DNA of 24,000 nucleotides, taken from contig CAZSZZ010000001.1 of assembly GCA_964611005.1 (NCBI GenBank), forward strand, positions 1-24,000, read 5' to 3'. Each line of letters opens with the position of its first letter. The first letter of the stretch is position 1. This DNA comes from an uncultured Candidatus Izemoplasmatales bacterium. GTDB lineage: Bacteria > Bacillota_I > Bacilli_A > Izemoplasmatales > Hujiaoplasmataceae. Under the pieces are notes generated by a model. That model saw only the letters and a program-made list of their open reading frames with translations, had not been told where the DNA came from and ran no database searches. Positions 10,699-18,898 of the stretch are shown one piece after another. The position numbers and the translations under genes are program-made.

Positions 10699-11976
10699 TT
10701 AGTCACCCTTTATAACTTTGAATAACTCTTCAGTAGTTCTTACAATATAACTAGCTCCAGATTCTCTTAACTCATCTTCTTTACGAAATCCCCATAAAAC
10801 TCCCACGCTTCTAAGACTAGCATTTTTAGCCGTTTTCATATCAATATTAGTATCCCCAACGTATAGAATATCTTTCAAATCTAAATTTAGCTTAAAAATT
10901 ATTTCTTTAATGGATGTCGGGTTTGGCTTAATTGGATATTTAGGTTTTTTTCCATAAACAAAATCAAATTCAATATCACTTAAATATTTTTTAACTACCT
11001 CTTCTACTTGGTAATGAGGTTTATTAGATAATATATTTAATGAAACATTATTTTTATTCAAACGTTTCAATAATTTTATTATTCCAGGATAAGGTTTTGT
11101 CTTAATTGATTTTCTTTTAGCATATTCTTCTAAATAGCTATTTTTAAGCTTATCAGTCATATTAAAATCTAAGTTATTTATTTCTACAATTTTGTTAATA
11201 AATTCATCTACTCCTTTACCAACAAGATATTTATAATCTTCTATTCCATACTCTTTTATATTAAATTTCTTTAAAGTTGCATTCATACTATCAGAAATAT
11301 CAGATATTGTATCAAGTAAAGTACCATCTAAATCAAATATTACTGCCTTGAACATTTTATCCTCCTCATTAACCATTTTTTCTATAATGTCTTTAATTGG
11401 TTTATATGTTCTTCTATGTATTTCTATAATTCCAAAACGCTTAATAGCAGCTAAATGTTTTTTTGTAGGATATCCCATATTATGTTCAAAATCATACCCA
11501 GGAAATTTAATGCTTTGTTTAATCATATAAGCGTCTCTAGCTTCTTTTGCAATAATAGAAGCTGCAGCAATAGAAGCAGATAATGTATCTCCTTTTATTA
11601 TCGCTTGGTATTCAATTTGACTTTTAGGTAAAGCCATTGCATCAGATAATATATAATCCGGTTTTAAGGATAAAGAATTAATAGCATTTAACATAGCTTT
11701 TTTTGAAGCTTGGTAAATATTAATACTTTCAATTATTCTTTCACTAACAAAAGAAATAGCATAATCTAAAGCTTTTTCTTCTATCTCTATTAGTAGTTCT
11801 TGTCTTTGTTTGGAAGAGAGTTGTTTTGAATCTCTCAATCCTATAATTGGCTTATTAGGATCTAAAACAACTGCAGCAGCTACTACAGGTCCAGCTAACG
11901 GACCTCTCCCAACTTCATCAACACCAACTATATATGAATATCCTTTTTTCCATAAGTCGCTTTCAAATTTGTACAT
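10699..11976 (-). CDS. rnhB: Ribonuclease HII fused in frame to a HAD-IA (phosphoglycolate phosphatase-like) hydrolase
   Basis: Residues 1 to about 205 contain VGVDEVGRGPLAGPVVAAAVV and DSKQLS, the RNase HII catalytic motifs. Residues 210-427 contain FDLDGTLLDT (motif I), ILSNK (II), K..PNP (III) and GDTNIDM (IV). No stop codon separates the two parts. The likely start is ATG 11976, while the track uses TTG 11982. The start overlaps the rbgA 3' end. Confidence 0.85.
   Translation of the reverse strand: MYKFESDLWKKGYSYIVGVDEVGRGPLAGPVVAAAVVLDPNKPIIGLRDSKQLSSKQRQELLIEIEEKALDYAISFVSERIIESINIYQASKKAMLNAINSLSLKPDYILSDAMALPKSQIEYQAIIKGDTLSASIAAASIIAKEARDAYMIKQSIKFPGYDFEHNMGYPTKKHLAAIKRFGIIEIHRRTYKPIKDIIEKMVNEEDKMFKAVIFDLDGTLLDTISDISDSMNATLKKFNIKEYGIEDYKYLVGKGVDEFINKIVEINNLDFNMTDKLKNSYLEEYAKRKSIKTKPYPGIIKLLKRLNKNNVSLNILSNKPHYQVEEVVKKYLSDIEFDFVYGKKPKYPIKPNPTSIKEIIFKLNLDLKDILYVGDTNIDMKTAKNASLRSVGVLWGFRKEDELRESGASYIVRTTEELFKVIKGD
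11353..11367 (-). promoter_or_regulatory. Internal Shine-Dalgarno (GAGGAGG) plus ATG at the RNase HII/HAD domain boundary
   Basis: The minus strand reads GAA AAA ATG GTT AAT GAG GAG GAT AAA ATG TTC AAG. GAGGAGG is at 11367-11361, followed by a 5-nt spacer and ATG at 11355-11353, which is Met210 (MFKAVIFDLDG...), exactly where a free-standing HAD protein would begin. Confidence 0.55.
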
Positions 11977-12826
11977 TTTCAATGTTATCTAATGTCATCC
12001 TTCCTAATTTAAAATTCCTAATATCATATAAGAATAAGTTAATCACCCTATCGTAATCAATTAATCCTCCTGATAATTTACAACCTCTATTGATTCCAAT
12101 TTGATCTAATATATTCAGCGGTGAAGTACTATAATCGATATCTATTTTATAGCGACTAATTAATCTATTAATATAATATTTTTGCATAAATTTAATTCCA
12201 AAAATAGCAACTTCATCAAGTGGTAATATCTCATCCTTAATAGAGCCTAGTAAAGCTAAATGAAATCCAACATTTTTATCATCAAATTTAGGCCACAAAA
12301 CGCCTGGGTTATCTAATAATAATAAATCACCTTTAGTTTTAATAAAGCTTTGAGATTTAGTAATTCCAGGTAGATTCCCAGTTTTAACTTTCTTTTTACC
12401 AGCCATATTATTAATAAACTGTGATTTCCCAACATTAGGAATACCAATAACCATTGCGCGAAATGCTCTTTTGCTCATGCCTTTTTTTTGTTCTTTTATT
12501 TTTAAATTTGTTAGGATTTTTTGTGTTTTATTATTAATTTTTTTATAAATATTATCAGTTAAAGAATTAACGCTTACACAAAGTTTACCTTTTGATTCAT
12601 AATAATTAACCCATTTCTTTGTTTCATCTTCATCTGCTAAATCAGATTTATTTAGAATTATTAACAAAGGTTTGCTTTTAATAATATCATTTAATAATGG
12701 GTTTTTGCTTGATTCTGGAATCCTTGCATCTCGTATTTCATAAACGATATCTACAACAGGCATTTTTTCTTCTATTTGTCTTCTTGCCTTTTGCATATGG
12801 CCAGGAAACCACTGAATTTGTTTCAT
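11963..12826 (-). CDS. rbgA: Ribosome biogenesis GTPase A (YlqF/RbgA, circularly permuted GTPase)
   Basis: The protein has an IQWFPGHMQKA N-terminus, then NKSDL (G4) ahead of GIPNVGKS (G1) and DNPG (G3), which is the permuted order. The track starts at GTG 12835. ATG 12826, with AGGTGA 5 nt upstream, is preferred. The stop is TGA. Confidence 0.9.
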   Translation of the reverse strand: MKQIQWFPGHMQKARRQIEEKMPVVDIVYEIRDARIPESSKNPLLNDIIKSKPLLIILNKSDLADEDETKKWVNYYESKGKLCVSVNSLTDNIYKKINNKTQKILTNLKIKEQKKGMSKRAFRAMVIGIPNVGKSQFINNMAGKKKVKTGNLPGITKSQSFIKTKGDLLLLDNPGVLWPKFDDKNVGFHLALLGSIKDEILPLDEVAIFGIKFMQKYYINRLISRYKIDIDYSTSPLNILDQIGINRGCKLSGGLIDYDRVINLFLYDIRNFKLGRMTLDNIENVQI

Positions 12827-12835
12827 AAATTTCAC

Positions 12836-13642
12836 CTATCCTACTCTACAAGTAGAGTTAGAAATTTTAATAATAACTTTGCCTAACATATCTTCTTCTT
12901 TGACCAAACCAAAAAGTCTTGAATCTCTCGAATTATCTCGATTATCACCTAATACGTAAAAATATCCTTCAGGTATAGTTAAATCATATTCTATTGTTCC
13001 ATTCCAAATTGTATCTTCTATTTTATTTCCATTAACATATACTCCAGTAGAATTAACAACTAATTTATCTCCACCTTGAGCTATAAGCCGTTTAATTAAA
13101 TACAACCCTTCTTCTTGCAAGATAACAATATCTTGATTTTTGTATTCTTCAACATATTTAATAATAACTGCATCATTATCACAGAAAGTAGGTTGCATAG
13201 ATATTCCTTCAACTTGAGCAAGAGAAAAGAAATAACCATTTATAACCATAATTATTATCAAAAACACAGGAACTACGCTAAATATATCAGCTACATTATA
13301 CTTGCGTTTATATGAAGCTATTTCTTTTTTTGATAATTCAATATTACTTTTTCTATTTTTAATATAAGCATAAGTTAAAATGACAAAAGAAATAAATCCA
13401 AATATAATAATAACAAAAAAGAAAATAGAAAAAACTTCTGCGATAAATGGACTAGGTACGTTTTTAAATGTTCGATTTAAATTAAATATAAAAAATTTAT
13501 TTTTTTGCAACAAAATAAATAATATAACTGAAGCAATAAACATTATGAAAAAAACGATGATTGTTTTCAACGATTTTTTCATTAACAAATTATATTCTTT
13601 TAAATCATCACTATTTTCATTAAAATCAAAATCTTCTATCAT
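12836..13642 (-). CDS. lepB: Signal peptidase I (S26 family) with an extended three-TM N-terminal region
   Basis: The catalytic motifs are GISMQPT (Ser148), IKRLIAQGGDKL (Lys184) and GDNRDNSRDSRLFG. Residues 1 to about 112 add two extra hydrophobic segments ahead of the usual single anchor. The start ATG overlaps the ftsK TGA (ATGA at 13639-13642). Confidence 0.88.
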   Translation of the reverse strand: MIEDFDFNENSDDLKEYNLLMKKSLKTIIVFFIMFIASVILFILLQKNKFFIFNLNRTFKNVPSPFIAEVFSIFFFVIIIFGFISFVILTYAYIKNRKSNIELSKKEIASYKRKYNVADIFSVVPVFLIIIMVINGYFFSLAQVEGISMQPTFCDNDAVIIKYVEEYKNQDIVILQEEGLYLIKRLIAQGGDKLVVNSTGVYVNGNKIEDTIWNGTIEYDLTIPEGYFYVLGDNRDNSRDSRLFGLVKEEDMLGKVIIKISNSTCRVG

Positions 13643-15786
13643 AATTTATCTATACTTTCAAATATTTTAGCTAATTGATTATATTCAATTAATACTGATC
13701 TTGGTTTAGTTCCAACATTTTCTGAAACTATCCCAAATTTTTCTAACATATTAACGATTTGAGTTGCTCGATTAAACCCAATCGCAAATACTTGTGTGAT
13801 TTTATTTAAAGAGCATTTTCCTTCTTCAACTACATAATTAGCTACATCTTTAAACAATTCATCAATTGAATCGATATCTTCTCCAGTTTGAGCCTTAACT
13901 ATAAGGCTTTCATGTGTAAACATATATTCAGGTTTTGCTTGATTAATAATATATTCAGTCACCGCCTCAATTTCTTCTGGAGATAGGTAAGCACCTTGAA
14001 GACGCCTTACCATACCATTTTCAGATAATAACATATCCCCTTTACCAAGTAGTTTCTCGGCACCAGTCATATCTAAAACAACACTTGAATCCGTTGATGA
14101 TGGAACTCTAAAAGCAAATCTAGTGGGAATATTAGCCTTGATAGCGCCTTTTAAAATATCCGCAGAAGGTCTTTGAGTAGCTAATAATATGTGAATACCT
14201 ACCGCCCTTGACTTTTGAGTTAATTTTAATATAGCATCTTCTACTTCATTACCACCAGTTATCAACAAATCAGATGCTTCTTCTATAATAATAACAATTC
14301 TTGGCATTGAAATGAAATTAGGAGTATTACTTCTTCTTCTATAATAATCTTTTACATTAATAGCTTTAAACTTCTTCAATGTATCATATCTTGATTCCAT
14401 TTCGTTAACCATATACTTTAATGATTCTATAGCTATCTTAGGATCATCAATAATTGGAGTTATTAAATGAGGAATACCTGCAAATTGTTGTAAATCAACT
14501 TTTTTTGGATCAATAAGCATCATTTTTAATTCATTTGGTTTATTTTTAGTAATCAATGAAGCGATAATTGAAGCGATACATACAGATTTTCCACTTTGAG
14601 TAGACCCAGCTACTAATCCATGAGGCATTGATTCAATAGAAGTATATATTGGTTTGGCATCAATATCTAATCCAACCGCAATTAAAAGAGGATCATCTGA
14701 ATTAAGAAAATAATCGTTATCAATTACATCCCCAAAAAATACAGATTCTCTCATTTTATTTGGAACCTCAATTCCTATTGTTGTTTTTCCTGGTATAGGA
14801 GCTTCAATACGAATTGATAACGCAGCCAAGCTCATCTGAATATTGTCAGAAATTGACGTTATTTTTTTTGTCTGCACACCTAATCCAAGTACAATTTCAT
14901 ATCTAGTTACTGTTGGCCCTTTAGTATAATTAGTAACTTCTCCATCAATACCAAAAGACAATAATGTTTGATTAATAATATCAATATTCTCTTTTATCCA
15001 TTCAGGTTCTTTATCAGTTTTAATTTTGGATTTTTTAAATATCGATATGGGTGGCAATTGATAATTATTATAATTATTATTAGAATTATCTAAATCATTT
15101 GATTTAGTACCTTTAGTGATAGGCGAAGGTTTATATTCTTCATAATCAAAATCATCCACAAAAGCAATTTCTTCTATTTTTTTATCTTCTTCAGTATTTT
15201 CATAAATGATTTCATCTGTTTCTTTTTCCTCTTCAATAATTATCTTAGTCTTTTCATCTTCATCGGGGATTATATCTTTTAAAACATCTGATTCTTCCAA
15301 TTCTTTTTTGTTTTCATTTATAGCTTTTTCAGCTGATTCAAAAAATTCATCAACAGAAACCGCAGTAGCGTGTTCATCTATTATTGATTCTGCGGATTTT
15401 TCAGATTTATTAGGTTTATTATTTAATAAATCTTCATTAGTTAACCCCTCTTCAGAATAAACTTTTTTTATCGCAGAATTATCAACTCTGATAAATTCAT
15501 AATATTGATGACCATATCTTCGTTTTGCTTCTTCTTTGGTAAGTTTAGGCTTAGTACGAAATGCATCATATTTCTTATCAATATCTCCCCAACCTTGTCT
15601 ATCTTGAGGTATATTGATTTCATCTTTTGCAGTTCTTCCAAAAATAGGTGATACAAATTTATTACGCATAGCTTTTTTATCTTCTATAATGTTTATTTGA
15701 GGAATATAGAATTCGCGCGTATCTGGAGTTCTAGAATATCCAGGTATTATACGTTCGCGTTTCTTTTTATGTTTAAAAAACATCAT
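13639..15786 (-). CDS. ftsK: FtsK/SpoIIIE-family DNA translocase lacking an N-terminal membrane domain (SftA-like)
   Basis: 715 aa with Walker A GSTQSGKS (residues 394-401), a Walker B region IVIIIEEASDL, LLATQRPS, and a C-terminal gamma winged-helix (FNRATQIVNMLEKFGIV). Residues 1 to about 260 are hydrophilic and acidic with low complexity, and contain no TM segment. Confidence 0.9.
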   Translation of the reverse strand: MMFFKHKKKRERIIPGYSRTPDTREFYIPQINIIEDKKAMRNKFVSPIFGRTAKDEINIPQDRQGWGDIDKKYDAFRTKPKLTKEEAKRRYGHQYYEFIRVDNSAIKKVYSEEGLTNEDLLNNKPNKSEKSAESIIDEHATAVSVDEFFESAEKAINENKKELEESDVLKDIIPDEDEKTKIIIEEEKETDEIIYENTEEDKKIEEIAFVDDFDYEEYKPSPITKGTKSNDLDNSNNNYNNYQLPPISIFKKSKIKTDKEPEWIKENIDIINQTLLSFGIDGEVTNYTKGPTVTRYEIVLGLGVQTKKITSISDNIQMSLAALSIRIEAPIPGKTTIGIEVPNKMRESVFFGDVIDNDYFLNSDDPLLIAVGLDIDAKPIYTSIESMPHGLVAGSTQSGKSVCIASIIASLITKNKPNELKMMLIDPKKVDLQQFAGIPHLITPIIDDPKIAIESLKYMVNEMESRYDTLKKFKAINVKDYYRRRSNTPNFISMPRIVIIIEEASDLLITGGNEVEDAILKLTQKSRAVGIHILLATQRPSADILKGAIKANIPTRFAFRVPSSTDSSVVLDMTGAEKLLGKGDMLLSENGMVRRLQGAYLSPEEIEAVTEYIINQAKPEYMFTHESLIVKAQTGEDIDSIDELFKDVANYVVEEGKCSLNKITQVFAIGFNRATQIVNMLEKFGIVSENVGTKPRSVLIEYNQLAKIFESIDKL

Positions 15787-16568
15787 TTTACATCCTCACT
15801 TTCAATCATTTTTTCTAATTTGCTCATGATTTCTTCTTCAGAATCTTCTTTTTTAAATATGGCTTTACTATAAATTTTGTGAGTTTCTTCTCCGAATATA
15901 GTAATAATATATTTACAAATCTCTTTTGTTACTAACACAGTCGCTGGTTTTATCGCCAATTTCCTAAACCAATAAACTGGATTAGAAAAATTCAATATTG
16001 TTTTTCCAGTTGTATAAATTTGTTGCAATTTAATTTTTCTTGATATTTGCATTAATTTAGAATTCGATATTTTTTTCTTAGTGTTTAATAAATCAATAAT
16101 GCTTGAAATTTTGTAGTTTTTTATTAACTTTAAAAACTTACCATTAACTAATTCATTTATTCTATTAGTTATATAGTAATTTAAAGCTAATAATTCCTGA
16201 ATAGATAATTCATACAAAGGGTATCTCGAATTCGGAAAATAATACCTTGATATTTCTTCAGATAATTCAAGACTTAAATCCAAGGCAACTTTAAAATATC
16301 CTGAATCAGTAGTTCTAACGGTTTTATCTAATTGATTTTGTTTTGATTCAATCATTTCTAAGATAACTTTTTCATCCAACGGTATTCCTTTAGACAATCT
16401 TATCTTGGTTTTTCTGCGTTCATTGGAAGCTATAATCCCTACTACAGATAAAGCCAACAAAATTATTCCAGTAATTATACCGAGTACAAAATATCTAATA
16501 TTAACCCATTCGATTTGTAAAAAAATAAAACTAATCAAATTAAATGAAATATATCTAACCATAGTCAA
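15783..16568 (-). CDS. Hypothetical membrane-anchored protein (N-terminal hydrophobic hairpin plus a helical cytoplasmic domain of about 200 aa)
   Basis: 261 aa with an AAGGAG SD 8 nt before the ATG at 16568. It is the first gene after the promoter at 16583-16611. Its TGA overlaps the ftsK ATG (ATGA at 15783-15786). I recognise no family. Confidence 0.65.
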   Translation of the reverse strand: MTMVRYISFNLISFIFLQIEWVNIRYFVLGIITGIILLALSVVGIIASNERRKTKIRLSKGIPLDEKVILEMIESKQNQLDKTVRTTDSGYFKVALDLSLELSEEISRYYFPNSRYPLYELSIQELLALNYYITNRINELVNGKFLKLIKNYKISSIIDLLNTKKKISNSKLMQISRKIKLQQIYTTGKTILNFSNPVYWFRKLAIKPATVLVTKEICKYIITIFGEETHKIYSKAIFKKEDSEEEIMSKLEKMIESEDVK

Positions 16569-16582
16569 TTCTCCTTATATAA

Positions 16583-16611
16583 ATTATATCTTAATTTATA
16601 CTATTATTCAA
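16583..16611 (-). promoter_or_regulatory. Promoter for the seven-gene membrane-protein/ftsK...GGDEF unit: TTGAAT, 17-nt spacer, TATAAT
   Basis: On the minus strand the -35 TTGAAT is at 16611-16606, the spacer is 17 nt, and the -10 TATAAT is at 16588-16583, about 15 nt upstream of the ATG at 16568. Confidence 0.6.
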
Positions 16612-16624
16612 TTGTAATCATCAT

Positions 16625-16653
16625 TTGCATATTTTAAGTCCATATGAGATAAT
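16625..16653 (+). promoter_or_regulatory. Divergent promoter for the Cof-type HAD gene: TTGCAT, 17-nt spacer, TGaGATAAT
   Basis: On the plus strand the -35 TTGCAT is at 16625-16630, the spacer is 17 nt, and the -10 GATAAT is at 16648-16653 with a TGn extension. The SD AGGTGA follows at 16659-16664. Confidence 0.5.
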
Positions 16654-16668
16654 ATCATAGGTGATGAT

Positions 16669-17490
16669 ATGGACAAGTATTTAATAGCTTTAGATTTAGA
16701 TGGAACTATCTTATATGATTTTGATTCATTATCGGAAAATCTTTGCGAATTTATGAAAGAAATACAACTTAATGGGCATAAAATTGTAATCGCAACCGGA
16801 AGGCCCTTTCGCTCCTCTAAATTTGTATATGAACGATTCAATTTGGATACTCCTATTATTAATTATAATGGAGGTTTAATTACTTTACCTAATAATAAAA
16901 AATTTCCAGAAATTAATTATACAGTTAAAAAAGAAGCAATTATTGATATATTTGAAAATAATATAGAACATATACGGAATGCTTTTTCAGAGATATATGA
17001 TGAGATATATTTATACCGTAAAGAAAAAGCAATAGAACCCCTACTACACTGTGATGGTGCTACAGATATTATTATTGGTAATCTACGCAATATTTTAAAA
17101 AAAGATACAAATGGTTTTATAATTATAGGCAAACAAGGTAGAGGTAAAATTATAAAAGAATATATCGATAATAAATATCACGGAGAAGTGTTATGTAGGA
17201 TTTGGAATATGTCTGGAGAATTTGATTCTATTTTAGAGGTTTTTACTCCCGAATCTAATAAAGGTAAAGCTTTAGAATACGTGACTAATTATCTAGGTTT
17301 TAGTCAAAATCAAGTAATCGCAATCGGAGATGGTCATAATGATATTGAAATGCTACAATATGCAAATTTAGGTGTTTGTGTAAAAAATTCTCATCCAGAT
17401 TTAATTAAAGTGGCTGATATCGTCTTAGATTACACTAGTTATGAAAATGCAGTATATAGATTTTTATCCAAACATTTAATTAAAAAATAA
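16669..17490 (+). CDS. Cof-type HAD-IIB sugar/phosphate phosphatase
   Basis: 273 aa with LIALDLDGTIL (motif I), IATGRP (motif II) and GDGHNDIEML (motif IV). It is the only plus-strand gene in the window. Confidence 0.88.
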   Translation: MDKYLIALDLDGTILYDFDSLSENLCEFMKEIQLNGHKIVIATGRPFRSSKFVYERFNLDTPIINYNGGLITLPNNKKFPEINYTVKKEAIIDIFENNIEHIRNAFSEIYDEIYLYRKEKAIEPLLHCDGATDIIIGNLRNILKKDTNGFIIIGKQGRGKIIKEYIDNKYHGEVLCRIWNMSGEFDSILEVFTPESNKGKALEYVTNYLGFSQNQVIAIGDGHNDIEMLQYANLGVCVKNSHPDLIKVADIVLDYTSYENAVYRFLSKHLIKK

Positions 17491-17520
17491 AGGCGGTTTA
17501 TCTAAATCCGCCTTTTTTCT
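17482..17520. terminator. Bidirectional terminator shared by the convergent Cof-type HAD gene and ffh
   Basis: The hairpin AAAGGCGG-(11 nt)-CCGCCTTT spans 17489-17515. It is followed by T6 on the plus strand and by UUUAUUUUUU on the minus strand. The two stop codons are only 7 nt apart, and the hairpin overlaps the last ffh codons (KKKKGGFR). Confidence 0.7.
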
Positions 17521-18895
17521 TTTTCTTTGCCCTTCTCATAGCTCTTGATTCTTTTGGTTGATATGTTCCTTGCGCCATGTTTTGCATTCTATCTGGGTTA
17601 ATATTTTGTAATTGATTCATCATTTTTTTCTGTTTATCTAAGGTTGATATTAAACGATTTATCTCAGTTGTAGACCGTCCGGATCCCCTAGCAACACGAT
17701 TTCTTCTAGAGCTGCTTCTTTTAATAAGTTCTGGTTTAGCCCTTTCGGATTTTGTCATCGAATTTATGATAGCTTCAATATATACTAGTTGTTTATCATC
17801 TATTTTATCTATGTTTGTCATAGAATTCATTCCAGGCATCATTTTTAATAAACCTGAAAACTTACCCATGCGTTTAATCATCTTCATCTGTTTTAATAAA
17901 TCATTGAAGTTATATTTACCTGACATCATCTTTTCCATTAAAGACATTGCCTCATCTTCACTTATTTCAGCTGTAGCTTTCTCAACTAAAGACATTATGT
18001 CTCCCATACCCAATATACGAGAAGCCATTCTTTCCGGATGGAATACTTCTATTTCAGTAAGTTTTTCTCCTGTACCAGAAAACTTAATTGGAACATTTGT
18101 AATTTTACGTACAGATAAAGCGGCTCCACCACGAGTATCTCCATCTAACTTTGTAAGAATACATCCTGTTAGATTTAATTTTTCATTAAATGTTTCTGCA
18201 ACATTTACTGCATCCTGTCCAGTCATAGCATCTATTATCAATAAAACTTCATCTGGTTTAGAAATAGCTTCAACATCTCGAATCTCTTTCATCATATCTT
18301 CATCAATGTGTAAACGACCCGCAGTATCAATAATAACTAAATTATGCCCTTGTTCTTTTGCATAATTCAATCCTTCTTTAACAATTTTAATTGGATTAAC
18401 CTTACCCATTTCAAAAACAGGAATATTTAGTTGCTTTCCTACTACCTCAAGTTGTTCAATAGCCGCAGGTCGATATATATCAGCCGCTATTAAAATAGGG
18501 TTTAATTGATTATTCTTTCTTAAAAAATAAGCTAATTTACCAGCGGTTGTTGTTTTTCCGGCGCCTTGTAATCCAACCATAAGTATAACAGTAAATCCAG
18601 ATTCATTGAAATGGATTTCTTCAGCTTCTCTGCCCATTAACTTAGTAAGTTCATCATTAACAATTTTAACTACTTGTTGTCCGGGATTTAATCCTTTTAA
18701 AATTTTCTCACCATAAGCTTGTTCTTTTATATTCTCAGTAAACTCTTTGACAACTTTATAGTTAACATCTGCTTCTAATAATGAAAGGCGTACTTCTCTC
18801 ATCATCTGATTGATGTCTGATTCATTTAATTTTGCTTTCCCAGTTATTCTTCTCAAAGCCATTTGAAAGCGGCTTGTTAAATCTTCAAATGCCAT
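17498..18895 (-). CDS. ffh: Signal recognition particle protein Ffh (SRP54)
   Basis: 465 aa with GLQGAGKTTT (G1), DTAGR and TKLDGD in the NG domain, plus a Met-rich M domain (MKMIKRMGKFSGLLKMMPGM). SD is AAGGTG. Confidence 0.97.
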   Translation of the reverse strand: MAFEDLTSRFQMALRRITGKAKLNESDINQMMREVRLSLLEADVNYKVVKEFTENIKEQAYGEKILKGLNPGQQVVKIVNDELTKLMGREAEEIHFNESGFTVILMVGLQGAGKTTTAGKLAYFLRKNNQLNPILIAADIYRPAAIEQLEVVGKQLNIPVFEMGKVNPIKIVKEGLNYAKEQGHNLVIIDTAGRLHIDEDMMKEIRDVEAISKPDEVLLIIDAMTGQDAVNVAETFNEKLNLTGCILTKLDGDTRGGAALSVRKITNVPIKFSGTGEKLTEIEVFHPERMASRILGMGDIMSLVEKATAEISEDEAMSLMEKMMSGKYNFNDLLKQMKMIKRMGKFSGLLKMMPGMNSMTNIDKIDDKQLVYIEAIINSMTKSERAKPELIKRSSSRRNRVARGSGRSTTEINRLISTLDKQKKMMNQLQNINPDRMQNMAQGTYQPKESRAMRRAKKKKKGGFR

Positions 18896-18898
18896 ATC

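Noticed and set aside
15468-15656. A 62-aa minus-strand ORF inside ftsK
   Set aside because: It is on the same strand as ftsK but out of frame (offset 130 nt from the ftsK start) and lies wholly inside the ftsK coding region. It has no SD. There is nothing to suggest a programmed frameshift.
16608-16841. A 77-aa minus-strand ORF spanning the divergent promoter region and the 5' end of the Cof-type HAD gene
   Set aside because: It overlaps both predicted promoters and the well-supported start of the plus-strand HAD gene. It has no SD and no recognisable sequence features.
17766-18365. A 199-aa plus-strand ORF, unusually long for such AT-rich DNA
   Set aside because: It lies entirely antisense to the most conserved part of ffh and has no SD or promoter. 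Its Ser/Ile/Phe/Pro-rich composition is what the reverse complement of a Lys/Glu/Asp/Gly-rich gene produces. It is a shadow ORF.
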